NCBI RefSeq assembly: GCF_001194135.2
Contig: NC_068992.1
Location: 26,642,311-26,706,202 of the forward strand
Length of the DNA: 63,892 nt
Source of the DNA: Octopus bimaculoides
Lineage: Eukaryota
Direction of reading: 5' to 3'
Shown here: piece after piece, positions 13,303-25,780 of the stretch
Layout of the letters: every line of letters begins with the position of its first letter
Numbering within the stretch: position 1 is the first letter of the stretch
Position numbers and translations under genes: made by a program
The notes under the pieces: generated by a model
Database searches by the model: none
The model's input: the letters and a program-made list of their open reading frames with translations, nothing else
Told to the model about the DNA's origin: nothing

Positions 13303-13514
13303 GTAGATAGATATATAGATAGACAGATGGATGGATGGATGGATGGATGGATGGATAGATGGATAGATAAATGGAGAGAGAGAGATAGGCAGATAGACAG
13401 GCAGACTGATAGATAGATACATACACACATACACACATACATATATATACTCATATATATATATATATATATATATAATGATACACACGCGTATATATGT
13501 GTGTCTGTGTATAC

Positions 13515-13545
<31 letters not shown>

Positions 13546-13550
13546 TGTAT
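13172..13550. repeat. (TAGA)n/(TGGA)n/(TATG)n compound tetranucleotide microsatellite
   Basis: Direct reading; source of the IYLS/HPSI ORFs. Confidence 0.97.
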
Positions 13551-14645
13551 GGTTGTTGAGATGCAACTGATTAGTAGTGTTGCATTCGCTACATTTTTTG
13601 TACGCAAAATGCTCATGAGAAGTTGAAGACACTAATTGAAATGATTTTTCATTAAATTTTCACTACTATTAATCAACAGAAAAATATCTAATCAAAAATA
13701 ATTCCCCTTACCCTAAAATGTTAGACCGTCTTATGGGTAATGTATTTATATGTTTGAAATTAAAAGTTAACATTATTAGATTATTATTATCCTGCTAAGT
13801 TTTGTAACTTTTTTTAATTACAAAAACGAACTCCAAATAATTGAGATATTAATTATATGTGGTTCTCATGAAACATCTTTTAGGTTTTTGCAGAGCCTGA
13901 TGTACCAAACTTTGTATTAAAGCTGTTAGTTGTTTTCTTATTTCACCCATTTAAGTTACTAAAGCAATTTACGCTCTTTCTCATGATGGAGGATACATGC
14001 AAATTATAGAAATAGTTATATCAGTGCGTAGATTTCTCATGTCAATAACTTCTTTTTATGTGCTACTTGCTATCGAAGTCATAGGCGTTGCCGAAATGTT
14101 AAATTTAAAACCATTTACTCAGATTTATAATGATTTCGTACGTTCCCAACTATATTATTAAATGAATGACGTAAGTGGTGTAAACAATGGCATATATTTC
14201 ACATGATGTTATGTATCGATTTCATAGAGTTAAATGAAAAGCTTACTTGCCGATTTAGTTATGTCTGAGGGCTATGGATTATGATCATCTTTTCCCAAAA
14301 TAGATATAGCTGAAAATAGATCTGAAATAATGACTTCTACTGTAAATTGAATTATCTTCGATTGTAATTATCAACTATTGATAAAATAGTGTTATACATA
14401 TATACATACTTATATATATATATATATATATATATATNNNNNNNNNNNNNNNNNNNNNNNNNNNNNNNNNNNNNNNNNNNNNNNNNNNNNNNNNNNNNNN
14501 NNNNNNNNNNNNNNNNNNNNNNNNNNNNNNNNNNNNNNNNNNNNNNNNNNNNNNNNNNNNNNNNNNNNNNNNNNNNNNNNNNNNNNNNNNNNNNNNNNNN
14601 NNNNNNNNNNNNNNNNNNNNNNNNNNNNNNNNNNNNNNNNNNNNN

Positions 14646-14646
14646 T

Positions 14647-14687
<41 letters not shown>

Positions 14688-14692
14688 GACAG

Positions 14693-14729
<37 letters not shown>

Positions 14730-14768
14730 AATAGACAGACAGACAGACAGATAGATAGATAGACAGAC

Positions 14769-14817
<49 letters not shown>

Positions 14818-14818
14818 T
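14646..14818. repeat. (AG)n-(AGAC)n-(AGAT)n compound microsatellite
   Basis: Direct reading next to a gap. Confidence 0.96.
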
Positions 14819-16593
14819 ACATATACAAATGTACTTTCATACAGATGTATGTTTATGTAGTTGTGTAAGTGTCTGTGTTTATATGTTTGCGTCTATGTAT
14901 ATGTGTGTGTTTCTAACAATGGAATTGTAAATGTTTCGCAGAAAACTTTTCAGAGATGTTCTGGCAAGTAGGCTGACATTTCATCATATAAGTAATTGCA
15001 TTTAATAATAAATTTAAGCAAATCACTATCTTTGTGCACGAGTGCGCACGCACACATTCTTGAAAGAAAATCTTATCGAATCGGTTCTATATCAAAAATA
15101 AATAGACCAAGGTTAGAAACGAATGAAATTGAAATATTTGTTGCAGATTTTAGTTTTCTATTTCTTCCCAATGGATGTATTAAATTGAGTTACGTTTCAA
15201 ATATATATTGCGTATGAGTCATCTAAAATAGATTAATATTTTAAGAGAGCATAAATACAGAGGCTTTACGATAATAATCAAAATGACTCGCGTTTCATTC
15301 AGTAATATTACTGTTATCAAGTTATAACTTGTAAAAGGTAACAAAAATAGGAATGAGTTCAAGATTGTTTCAGATTCATGTTTGTATAAAGATAAGTGAT
15401 GCAGTGTCTGCAAAACTGTCTAAGTGCGATTCTTAGAGAAGGGCGAAGGTAATTACGTCTAATTTATATCCAACAAGGGGTAGGTTGGATGGGCTACTTC
15501 TCGTATGAGAGATGCATTCAGTTCCAGATTTACTGTCATTAGGAGACCAAGTATTTTGAGCACAGCATCAGGTTAAATTTCCAAGAGATATAGCCAGGCC
15601 TGGAACATTTAAATTCAGTAATGAATTCTTCGCTATTACTGGAACTAAACGAGTAAAATACATTGATAATGATTAAGGTTGAAAACGTTTGCGGTAAGAC
15701 TTTCTGATTAATATCATTATTCTCTTGGGATTTTATGGGTATTCGATATAGGTACAACTTCTTTAGAGAAACAAATACAATGAGAATTATTTCAGTCTTG
15801 TGGCTGTATTTCGAGGTTTCCTTTATCTTTCTATGGAAGTTATGTTTAGATATCATTAAATCTAATAATATAGCTAAGCATTTGATGATCACGAAGCTAG
15901 TGACAGCGCACGTGTATAAACCAAAATATTTGAATATCTAAATTTAACCATGGTTTGGTTATTTGCATAAAATTGTCAATTTTCATTCCCAAATAATGGA
16001 GAAATTTTGCAACCTAAAGGTTTCAAATATAAACAACACAACACCACGGAAACACACACGTTTGAGAGATGAAATCTTCTTGTGAATTTGTAATAACTAT
16101 TTTGACCCAATACACCACGCTACATCCATTAAGAGTCACAAGAAAATCTTAATCCTTAGTCCCAAACAGACGTTACATATTACCTCTTAGTTTCTCTAAA
16201 ATGGAATAGTGAGTAATTCGTATGCATTTTCTCAGATATTAAAATGAATGATTACAAGATTATAAAAAATAAAAGTTACCCCCGCTGTTAGCAATGGGTT
16301 TCCGGCATCGAAATCGAAGCAGGCTGTGAATCACGTAATTTAATGTCATGTAGTTGTACCTATCTTCATGTAAACGTTTCCCACTAAAAGATCTGCATCT
16401 CTTGATGCGATTTATTAGGAACATTTAATATTGGGACGTTAATGAAACCAGAGTTATAACACAAGGATTCACGCAAGGTCGTGTTATACATAAGACTGCT
16501 TGTATTGTTTGCACTCATAACATGCAATTCACACTCGTTTAGCATACAGAGTTACAAGAAACTCAATCATCAACCGTTAAGAAACATACACAT

Positions 16594-16715
16594 ATAGATA
16601 CATACGAATAAAACACACATTTAGATACATACGCATACAAACACACATATGGATACATACGCATACAAACACACATTTAGATACATACGCATACAAACTA
16701 ACATACAGATACATA
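16594..16715. repeat. Minisatellite, about 28-bp unit, about 4 copies
   Basis: tagatacatacgcatacaaacacacat(t/a) repeated with small variants. Confidence 0.85.
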
Positions 16716-18971
16716 TGGATATAGATACAATCTCACACAAAAATGTGTTCACATGTTTGAGACATAATGTATGTATATCTGAAACCTTAGTAGGCTTTTT
16801 AAGAACCTTTACTTTCTTCATTTTGGTGACTTAAATTAGATACGATTTTAATTTCCCACAGGATAGGATACAATCTAGCAGTGACAAATTAATGGAGACT
16901 GTATTATAAAGCTCTTATTATAAAAGGCGTTAAAATTCCTCCAAGCTGAAGTATTTAGTTCAATATTAGATATAACAATAATTTATCCATTTGAAGCAAT
17001 TCAGTTGACACTTCTATGATTACATACGTGACTTAATGAATCATCGTGAGTTTAGATAAATATTAATACAACCACTCGTAAACACTTTTGTTGTTATTAT
17101 GTATCTCATATTTTTCTAAATAAAATATCAAATACAAGATTAATCAATTGATTGAAAATCGCTTTCAATGACTAACGAACTAATTGATCTCTAGATAATC
17201 TAACAGAGAAGATGAAATAGGTTTGTTGGTCTGTAATTAAGTTACATTTACTCATTAACCTCGGACTTTATACATTTCCACTCCAACATATAATTAATAG
17301 GAATCATGTTTGAAACATTATTTGTTATTTATTGTTGCAAGCAAAAAAGTAAATGTAGATCGAATCATAAATACAAAAAAATAGAAATGTTCACTTTGAT
17401 ATATCAGACAACACAAATGTCTTTTTTTTTTATGTCATAAGGCACTGGAGGAAAGTGTTACAAATAGAATATAATAGTTGCCAAGAAAAAACAAAAACGT
17501 TATTACGAAAGAAAGGATATGAAGAATACGAAAAGACGAGATCATATGGTGCAAAAATTCAAAAGGGAATATTGCATTATACAGACATATATGTAGGAGG
17601 GTGTGCGCGTACGTATATATGCGTACACGTGTAGTCATATAACATACGTTTATACATATACAGGCGCATGCATGTGTGTGCGTAGGTGTGTGCTTTCAAA
17701 TCGTGATACGTGCAAGTGTGTTTCATGAGAGCTCCATACTTTACTTATTAGGCCCCAATCGTTTAAGTAAATACGACTTTAAATAAAGCTGGAAGCGTCA
17801 GACTTTTGCGTAAAATACAGGATGTCATATGATTCAGTATAGATTTTGAAGTTAGCTAAAAAGAAAATATGGTGTTTCTTCTAAAACGTCCCAACCACTA
17901 TAGTTAATATTTTGAATCTTTTGATATTTGAAATTCCATCGAGTGTGACTTCTGCACGAAGAACATGTGGTTAACTGCAAGTTATAGTACTTGAGAATGA
18001 TTTAAACAGGTGAACTCAATACTGCAACGAAAGGTAAATATAACATTAAAGTGACGGAAAATTGGTATCAAAAGTGTCAACGTTGAATTCTCTCGAATGA
18101 TCAGATTATCAAAATCAAAATTAAGCTAGAGACGACTTTATTGAAGAAAGCGTTTCTTCTTTAGGAATTATCCATGTTTTTGAGCAAGAAATATTTGTGG
18201 ACTCACAATGGATATTTTAAAACAGTTTTAAATGTTCAAACCTTCATCCATCGTCTTCATAACAAATTTACTTTTTTCGCAGTTGATGTCTGTGCAGTTC
18301 TTTGATTTTCAAGTGGTTATGGATCTGTTTTATGTGTAAGTTTTGACATTGTGTTTTCTATTTCATTGTCTTATTTACCGTAATTGATTTCTCTCTCTTC
18401 AAAGTTAATTATTCTAAAATCAATGCCATATTAACTGCATGCATTCTATCCGTGAACTCTTTGTAGTGTCACGTTTTGTTTATTTCCTATAACGTACACC
18501 TGAGATTGCATATGAATGCAGATTTGTATACCAGTCTGTGAGTCAGAGGAAAGAGAACTAGAGATTGGATGTCCTCTTGGAATATTGCAATTCTCATACT
18601 AATACAGCCTAGTTTATATTTCGTTTTTAGTAAAATCATTGGAAATATTTCCCAATAATTTTATAATTATTCATAACCTGTTTGAATCACCAGCTAATTC
18701 TGATAAATTATGTGTCATATATATTATCATCTACGTGGAGGAACGCAATAAATTAATGGCAAGCTCAATACCTATATCCTAATTATACAGTCTTAATTAG
18801 GACATTATTTATCAGTAGCTGATTTTCGCAACCATAACAAATCTGCTGCATTACACTTATTCATCGGCAATAATTTGGGTAATTTTTCAAGTACTTTGAA
18901 ACATTATCGCACCTAAGCCTCTATTATATTTGGAAAGATTGGACGTAGATCCATATTTTAGTTTTTTTTAT

Positions 18972-18988
18972 CATCATTATTATTATTA

Positions 18989-19044
<56 letters not shown>

Positions 19045-19045
19045 A
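18972..19045. repeat. (ATT)n microsatellite at the 3' end of an R4/Dong-like element
   Basis: Direct reading. Confidence 0.96.
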
Positions 19046-19049
19046 CTAT

Positions 19050-19520
19050 TTTTTTTCTTTATCACAGGTTATGTTGGAGCTCCTGGAGTCTTGCATGCGT
19101 AGCGAGCTTACTACCTGCACCATACGGTACCATGCTATTCGTTCTTTTCAGCTACCTCATACTTTCCTGTGGTGGTTTTGGGCAAATCTAGGGCATTCGT
19201 TCGTGATATGGACAATGGTTTCATCCACTCTATTGCAGATGCAACACAGCGGAGACACTTGCTTATTCCTAACGTTGACTCTCCAGTTCATGGCCAAAGC
19301 TTGGTCCTGCGCTGCCAATATAGTGCTCTAAGTCTCTTTTTTAGCGGTCATTCCCACTTATTTTTTCCAGCAACTACTGCAATTGATTGTGTAGTCTATT
19401 CTTGCATAATTCTTCTTAATGTCCTTTTTGTACTTCTTCCTTTGTTTTCCTTTCTCCTTTTTTCTCCTGCTTTCAATACCCCCTCGTTCTTAACTGTCAC
19501 TAACAAGGTTTCCTTACTTT
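19050..19520 (-). mobile_element. R4/Dong-like (RLE-type) non-LTR retrotransposon 3' fragment, copy 1
   Basis: Minus strand gives AAQDQALAMNW...SPLCCICNRVDETIVHITNECPRFAQNHH (C-terminal CCHC region). The 3' UTR is shared with copy 2; the RLE domain is deleted. Confidence 0.85.
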
Positions 19521-19680
19521 AGAGCGAGCAGGCAGAAATTTGAGCGCTTCGGACAAAAGGATCAGCAGCATTTCTTCTGGTTTACTACCTTTTGCGCACA
19601 GTTCAGCTTAACCTTTCATACTTTCTGGGTCGACTAAATAAGTACCAGCTTGGCAGTGAGGCCTATGTAAACGACTTAAT
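19521..19680 (+). mobile_element. SINE family A, highly degenerate
   Basis: gcgagcaggcagaa...cctttcatactttctgggtcgactaaataagtaccag. Confidence 0.6.
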
Positions 19681-20432
19681 ATTTCCGTAAAATATCTAAC
19701 ATCGTACGAAAATTTTAAACCATTATTAAAGCAACCAGCTGTAAGACTCGCTAGTGCATCGGACCAAAGAGCCCATTAGCATTTCTTGCGGTTTATTTAT
19801 GCTCTAACTTCAAGTATCATTTATTAAATTTATTCTTCAGTCCTGAAAAGCGGGACACGTTATGCATGAATGTAAACTCGCCGCACAATACAGAACAATA
19901 CCAGGTATTAAGCTTCTCGTTGTTGATTTTTTTCAAAAAAAAAAAGGTTATTATGTGCCTTGCAGCATAATGTTTATCTGTTTGTGGATTGGCGGAAATT
20001 GTATCAAGGTTGACAACGGAAACTATATTGCCCACGTAATCAATTCAGATATATAATTTACTTGGAATAAATCTGAGACCATCTGATATATTCTTATAAG
20101 TAATTTTACTTTTGGTACCTGCAAAATCGTTATATTCGTTTTAGTACCTTTTGGCTACCTTCGGTTCCAAAAATTTTATGAAAGTATTTTCTTATTGAAT
20201 ATTTTCTGCAAGATGATTACAGAAACTAATTTTAGTATGTTTTAATTGCAAGACCCAATATAGAATAGTGAAGTACTATTCGTACTTAAATACTTATGTA
20301 TTTGATTAAGCGTTGTACCAAGAGCTGCATTCTTCTCTCTTGACAAAGGGGGACATTTCAAACATAAAAATGATATGATTTTAACAAAAACATAAGGTGA
20401 TGGGTTATATATTTGATGATTTAATACTTTTT

Positions 20433-20640
20433 AAGGCTGGCAGAATTGTTAGCACGCCAGGTGAAATGCTTAGCGGCATATTGTCCGTTTTCACTTACTA
20501 AGATGAAATTCCGCTGAGGTCGACTTTGCATTTCATCCTTTCGGCATCGCAATAGGGAGAAACATTTCAGCACTGAGGTCGACCTAATCGATTTAATCCC
20601 TTCCCCGAACTTGCTGGCCTTGTGCCAAAATTTGAAATCT
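20433..20640 (+). mobile_element. SINE family A
   Basis: gctggcagaattgttagcacgccaggtgaaatgcttagcgg...gaggtcgactttgcatttcatcctttcgg...ggccttgtgccaaaatttgaa. Confidence 0.9.
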
Positions 20641-20844
20641 ATATCTACATTTAGTGCTGTTGCTTCTTTTGCTGCCCCAACTCGGCAAGATATTTTGAAT
20701 TTCAAAAAGACAAAACAAAATATTCATTTAATCTTGGACATTTTGGCTCATAATTTGACAATTTGACCACGCATAAGTAACACGGTTACCAGTAAATATT
20801 TATACTCAAAAACTCCACGTCGCAGTTTTAGAGTATATATCATG

Positions 20845-21100
20845 AAGGTGCGTGGTGAAGAGGTTTAGATGTTACACTCAAGATCGCGAGATTTTAGGTT
20901 CACGAAACGAACTGGAAAGGGGGTTGCATTCTTGTGCAAAATACCTAATTTCACATTGGTCCACTCAGCTGTAAATGAATAAACTTGTGATGGACGACCG
21001 TCCAGTTCAGGGGTAATCTTGAAATCTCGTTCGCATAGACGCCATGTAAAACGGGTATCTTATGACCCAGGACAGTCACGTAGAGGCGCTGATGATAAGA
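20845..21100 (+). mobile_element. Third tRNA-like SINE family, degenerate
   Basis: tRNA-like head (ggtgcgtggtgaagagg...ggttcacg), then gtccactcagctgtaaatgaat and gtgatggacgaccgtccagttcagggg, typical of V-SINE-like bodies. Confidence 0.5.
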
Positions 21101-21894
21101 ATGGTGTGGTTAGTCGTTTATGGTGAAAAGAAAAATATCTGATACGCTACGTGTTATGTAGATTTGCTCGGTTCATCATTTTACTAATCTTAACAAGCTA
21201 TAAAAATGTGTTTATAACTGAACGCCAAAGAAGAGATGCATGCTACAGATATTCTTTTAACTGTTGTTATTCTATATATAAACTCTATTGAACCCATAAT
21301 ATTGTAATACCATGTGAATATAAATCAATCATTTTCAAAGATATGTTTTCTAAAAGGCAGTTTAGTTAAACGTTATATCACAAAACCACTCAAAGTGACA
21401 TTGCTTCCTTTATTTATTATACTAATTTCCTACTTCTATCGATTTTTTTCTTATTTCAATAACTTCGAAAGACGTAACGTTATAATTTATACTCACTCAC
21501 TCACTATTGGTTAGAAAGAAAGCTTTATTTACCAAGCAAATATCAATGTATTCTGGGTTTTCTAGTTGGAGATCATAAGTTCATAGACTTATGTCATGAC
21601 TATGCAATTATTTACCGGTTTGTTTGGTCAATATCTAAAAACATTATTGAATAAACCTATGATGTCAGGAACTATTGTTTTACAATGCGATTCAAATCAC
21701 TGATATCTTGGTTGGTTTTGATATTGCAGTTTTACATTTTAGTATTTATTTATTTTGTTATCAAATTTATATATTGTATTCGACCTGAAACTAATGTCAA
21801 GACTCAGAAATATTTCTAAGTGAGCATAAACACTAGAAGCAATTAACAACTAATATAATATAAGATTTATGTTAATTTTTTACACCATCATCGT

Positions 21895-21895
21895 C

Positions 21896-21952
<57 letters not shown>

Positions 21953-21964
21953 TATTATTATTAT

Positions 21965-22035
<71 letters not shown>

Positions 22036-22037
22036 TT
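21895..22037. repeat. (ATT)n-(ACT)n compound microsatellite
   Basis: Direct reading. Confidence 0.97.
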
Positions 22038-22038
22038 A

Positions 22039-22246
22039 AGGCGGTGACCCGCAGAATTGTTAGCACGGTGGACAAAATGCTTAGCGGCATTTCGTCTGTC
22101 GTTACGTTCTGAGTTCAAATTCCGCCGAGGGCAACTTTGCTTTTCTTCCTTTCGAGGTCGATGAATTAAGTACTAGTGAAATTCTGGGGTCGCTGTAATC
22201 GACTAGTCCCCTCCTCCAAAGCATCAGGCCTTGTGCCTATAATAGA

Positions 22247-22250
<4 letters not shown>
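22039..22250 (+). mobile_element. SINE family A with (ATT)n tail
   Basis: Full-length match to the 50721 copy; followed by (ATT)n. Confidence 0.92.
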
Positions 22251-22277
<27 letters not shown>

Positions 22278-22285
22278 GTTATTAC

Positions 22286-22322
<37 letters not shown>

Positions 22323-22427
22323 TTATGTTTGACTTTTGTTTTGCATTTGTACNNNNNNNNNNATTATTATTATTATTATTATCATTACTATTATTATCAT
22401 CATAATTATCATTATCATTATTACGAA

Positions 22428-22640
22428 GAGGGAAAGCTGGTAGAATCTGTAGCGCGCGGGTCGAAATGTTTACGTCATTTCGCCCGTTGGCACGTTTTGA
22501 GTTCAAATTCCGCCGAGGTCGATTTACATTTCATCCGGTCGTGGTCGATAAAATAAGTACCAGATAAACACTGGAGTCGCTACAACAGACTCAGCCTCAC
22601 CTCCAAAATTGCTGCCTTCGGGACAAAATTTGAAACCATT
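22428..22640 (+). mobile_element. SINE family A with (ATT)n tail
   Basis: gagttcaaattccgccgaggtcgatttacatttcatcc...gtcgataaaataagtaccag. Confidence 0.88.
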
Positions 22641-22660
22641 ATTATTATTAATATTATTAT

Positions 22661-23780
22661 TTTCTCTTTCTCACAGGTTTTGTTGGAGCTACTGGAGCTC
22701 TTGCAGCATGTGTAGCGGGCTTACTACCTGCTGCCTACTTACCATGCTATTCGGTCTTTTCAGCTATCTCATACTTTCCTGATTATTCTGCACGTGCCAA
22801 AGAGACAAAACTTTTATAACAGTTCTACTGGGCACACTATTTCAATTTCTTTTATATTCCTCTTGATGCTTTCAGATACTGTTCCAAAGGACCCAACAAT
22901 AATTGGCACTATCTTCACCTTCTTCATTTTCCATAGCCGGGCTATTTCCTACTTAAGAGGGTTGTATCTATCTATCTTTTCACCTTCCTTCTTGACTATT
23001 TGTGGCTCAAAGGGGAATGTAACGTCAACTATATAGCATATGTGGTGCAATTTGTCTACAACCGCTGGGTCTAGTCTGTTATGCACCTGATCTGTTTAGA
23101 TTGGGAAATCCGAGAGGATTTTGCTTGTTTCCGACTCCGCCACTCTCTGAGGTTTGTTTTCATACCACGCCTTGCGTCTCTCTAGTACCCACTTTTCGCA
23201 CAGTTTCCAATGTAGCACTTTCGCTACCTGATTGTGCCGCCACAACTTGTGGTTTTGGGCAAGTCTAGGGCATTCTTTCGTGGTACGAGCAATGGCTTCA
23301 TCCACTTTGTTGCAGATGCGTCACGGCGGAAACACTTGCTCTTTCCTCAAGGTGACCCTCCAGTTCGTGGCCAGAGCTTGGTCCTGCGCTGCCAGTATAT
23401 TGCTTTCGGTCACTTTCCTAGCGATCCATTCATCAGTCAATCCCACCTATTTTTCCAGCAACTTCTGCTGTGGCTACGTGAAATTGATTGCGTAGTCCCT
23501 TCTGGCGTAATTCTTCTTCATGTTCTTTTTATATCTCTTCGTTTGTTTTCCATTTTTTCTCTGCTCTCAATACTCGTTCCTAATTATCACTAGCAAGGTT
23601 TCCTTATTTTGGTCTAGGTATGTCATCAAGCTCTCGAGATCGATACGCTCGCAATCTTCGCACTTACTAGTCCTTCTTCCATCTGTTCTCTCGATGTATA
23701 GACGATCAGTGTCTGCACGAAGATGATGGGTTCCATGCACCGCTAGGAACTTTCTTGACTGCCTGTCCTTTAGCTCCTAT
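22661..23780 (-). mobile_element. R4/Dong-like (RLE-type) non-LTR retrotransposon 3' fragment, copy 2
   Basis: Minus strand gives DTDRLYIER (post-RT), ECPRLAQNHKLWRHNQVAKVLHWKLCEKW..WYENKPQRVAESETSKILSDFPIQTD, an RLE-like region (DPAVVDK..CYIVDVTFPF) and KIVPIIVGSFG. Flanked on both sides by (ATT)n. Confidence 0.92.
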
Positions 23781-23797
23781 CATCGTCATTATTATTA

Positions 23798-23860
<63 letters not shown>

Positions 23861-23862
<2 letters not shown>

Positions 23863-24792
23863 TGTAACGAATAAAAAGTTTAGAAAGGTATAACAATGCA
23901 CTATAGAACAAACAATGGACTATATACCTGTTGTAACTTGGTTATTTATAATCCTATAATATTTCGGAATACAATTCCTTCTTCAGATATTCTTAGATGG
24001 AGTCTCTGCTATAAACTGTATTCCAGCGGTTTTCTTTTTTTCGGAAGCGTCTCAATAGTGGTCTCACGAAGCTTCTTCCGAAATTCCTCATGAGAAGTGC
24101 GTGAGGTCGGCTGTTTCAATCTCATGTGTGTTGTGTTGGTACACCTGTGGCGCTGCTTCTAAGTTATGTGTTATACGTGCAGCTTCTCTTTTTTTTTGCC
24201 CTTCTTTTTTTTTTGTTGTAAACAATATATGAGCATGTTATTAAGAATTAACCTACACACATCCAGATGTAGCTAAATAATATATTGATTACCAACTTCC
24301 ATCCTGTTGTTAATTTGGGGTTCTGGTCTCTGTATGAGTAAAGCTTCCTTGATTTTTAAATTACCCAAATTTCTTTCATTGGCCTCAATTGTGACTGTTA
24401 TGCTTTTATCAATGTTCCGGCATCTGTCTAGTTGTTTTCTGAAGGAGGAGGCTCTCGTGTTCAGATGTTCTTTGATGCGGAGGTGTAACGGTCTTGTTGT
24501 GCTACCCACATAGAACTTGTTGCATTTGTTACATTGTATTTTATACACAACGTTTACCCGTTGGCATAAATCTGTGTCACGAATGGGACAATTTGTTAAT
24601 GTGCATTGATTGTTGTCTCTTATTCGTTTCTTTGCGAGAGGGGCCGGAGTGGGCTAGTTTCTCTTCGTATGGCTCTTCCGATGGCTGTAGTTATCCTCTC
24701 GCTAAAATTATCCAAGTTACAACAGGTATATAATCCATTTTTTGTTCTATAGTGCATTGTTATACCTTTCTAAACTTTTTATTCTTTACAAA
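23861..24792 (-). mobile_element. Penelope-like element, 5'-truncated, with GIY-YIG endonuclease, 3' pLTR and inverted terminal segment
   Basis: ORF 24273-24548 YKIQCNKCNKFYVGSTTRPLHLRIKEHL...KIKEALLIQ..PQIN is a PLE-type GIY-YIG domain. 81-bp inverted repeats at 23861-23941 and 24712-24792; ctgaaga..gaaa motif in the pLTR. Confidence 0.9.
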
Positions 24793-24826
24793 CAATACAC
24801 AATGCTTCAAGCGAACTACAATACTC

Positions 24827-24884
<58 letters not shown>

Positions 24885-24885
24885 A

Positions 24886-25100
24886 AAGGTGTCTAGCTGG
24901 CAGAAAATTTAGCACGGCGGGTAAAATACTTAGCAGAATATCGTTTGTTGCTACCTTTGGATTTCAAGTTCCGCCGAAGTCGACTTTGCCTTTCATCCTT
25001 TCGGAGTCGATAAATTAAATACCAGTTGAGTACTGGGCTCGATGTAATCGACTACCCTTCCCCCAAATGTGAGGCCTTGTGCCTATAGTATAAAGGATCA
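24886..25100 (+). mobile_element. SINE family A between (ATT)n tracts
   Basis: gctggcagaaaatttagcacggcggg...gtcgactttgcctttcatcctttcggagtcgataaattaa...ggccttgtgcctatagta. Confidence 0.9.
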
Positions 25101-25609
25101 TTATTATTATTGCTGGTATATCGACACGTGCTCGCACATCGCTGCGCAGATTTTGCTACTGTTCATATTGTTATACATTTGTATACACTGTACATTAGTT
25201 ATTGTTACATAGTTAGGGAACTAGTTAATTTCTTCCCATTTGTAGCCCTTGGGGGCTATTTTGGTATTTGCTTGTGCTATGACGCCCATCATTTTTTTTC
25301 TAAAATCAAAGATGGCGAGAGAAGACCCTTCGTCCACAGCGGGTTATCGGCAAGATAGAACAGTCATGTTCCACAAGACAGCGACTGCCGTAGCATAAGT
25401 ATCAACATCAACAACCACAAGTAGTATAGCGCGCGTGAAACGTATGAAAATTAATTCCCCTTGCTTCTTTCCTCCCCTTTAACAAAAGAAAATTACAAAC
25501 ACCAACATCGCAAGAGAAAACACTACCACCTCTACCACCACCACCGGTGCTAGAGTTCAGGAATGCTAAATGTATGCTGGAGAAATGTGACAGAAATGTG
25601 GAGCTAAAT

Positions 25610-25780
25610 CAGGGGTGGAGAAACTTTTTAGTGCGGCAGAAAAAAATTTTCAAAGAATGAGGTACGTGCATACGAATATTGTATAAATTTTATAATTGAA
25701 AAATTCATTATATTTTGTACATATAAGTTATACCAGCCAGCAGACGCAATAAAATGTGCTCGCAGCTTTCCCCACCTCTG
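25610..25780. mobile_element. hAT-type MITE with 8-bp TSD, inside LINE ORF1
   Basis: TIRs caggggtggagaaa and tttccccacctctg; flanks agctaaat (25602-25609) and cgctaaat (25781-25788). Confidence 0.85.

Noticed and set aside
18500-18535. 36-nt minus-strand microexon-like segment (ttctctttcctctgactcacag acceptor)
   Set aside because: The donor (gtgtac) is poor, the strand is opposite to the other candidates, and there is no homology.
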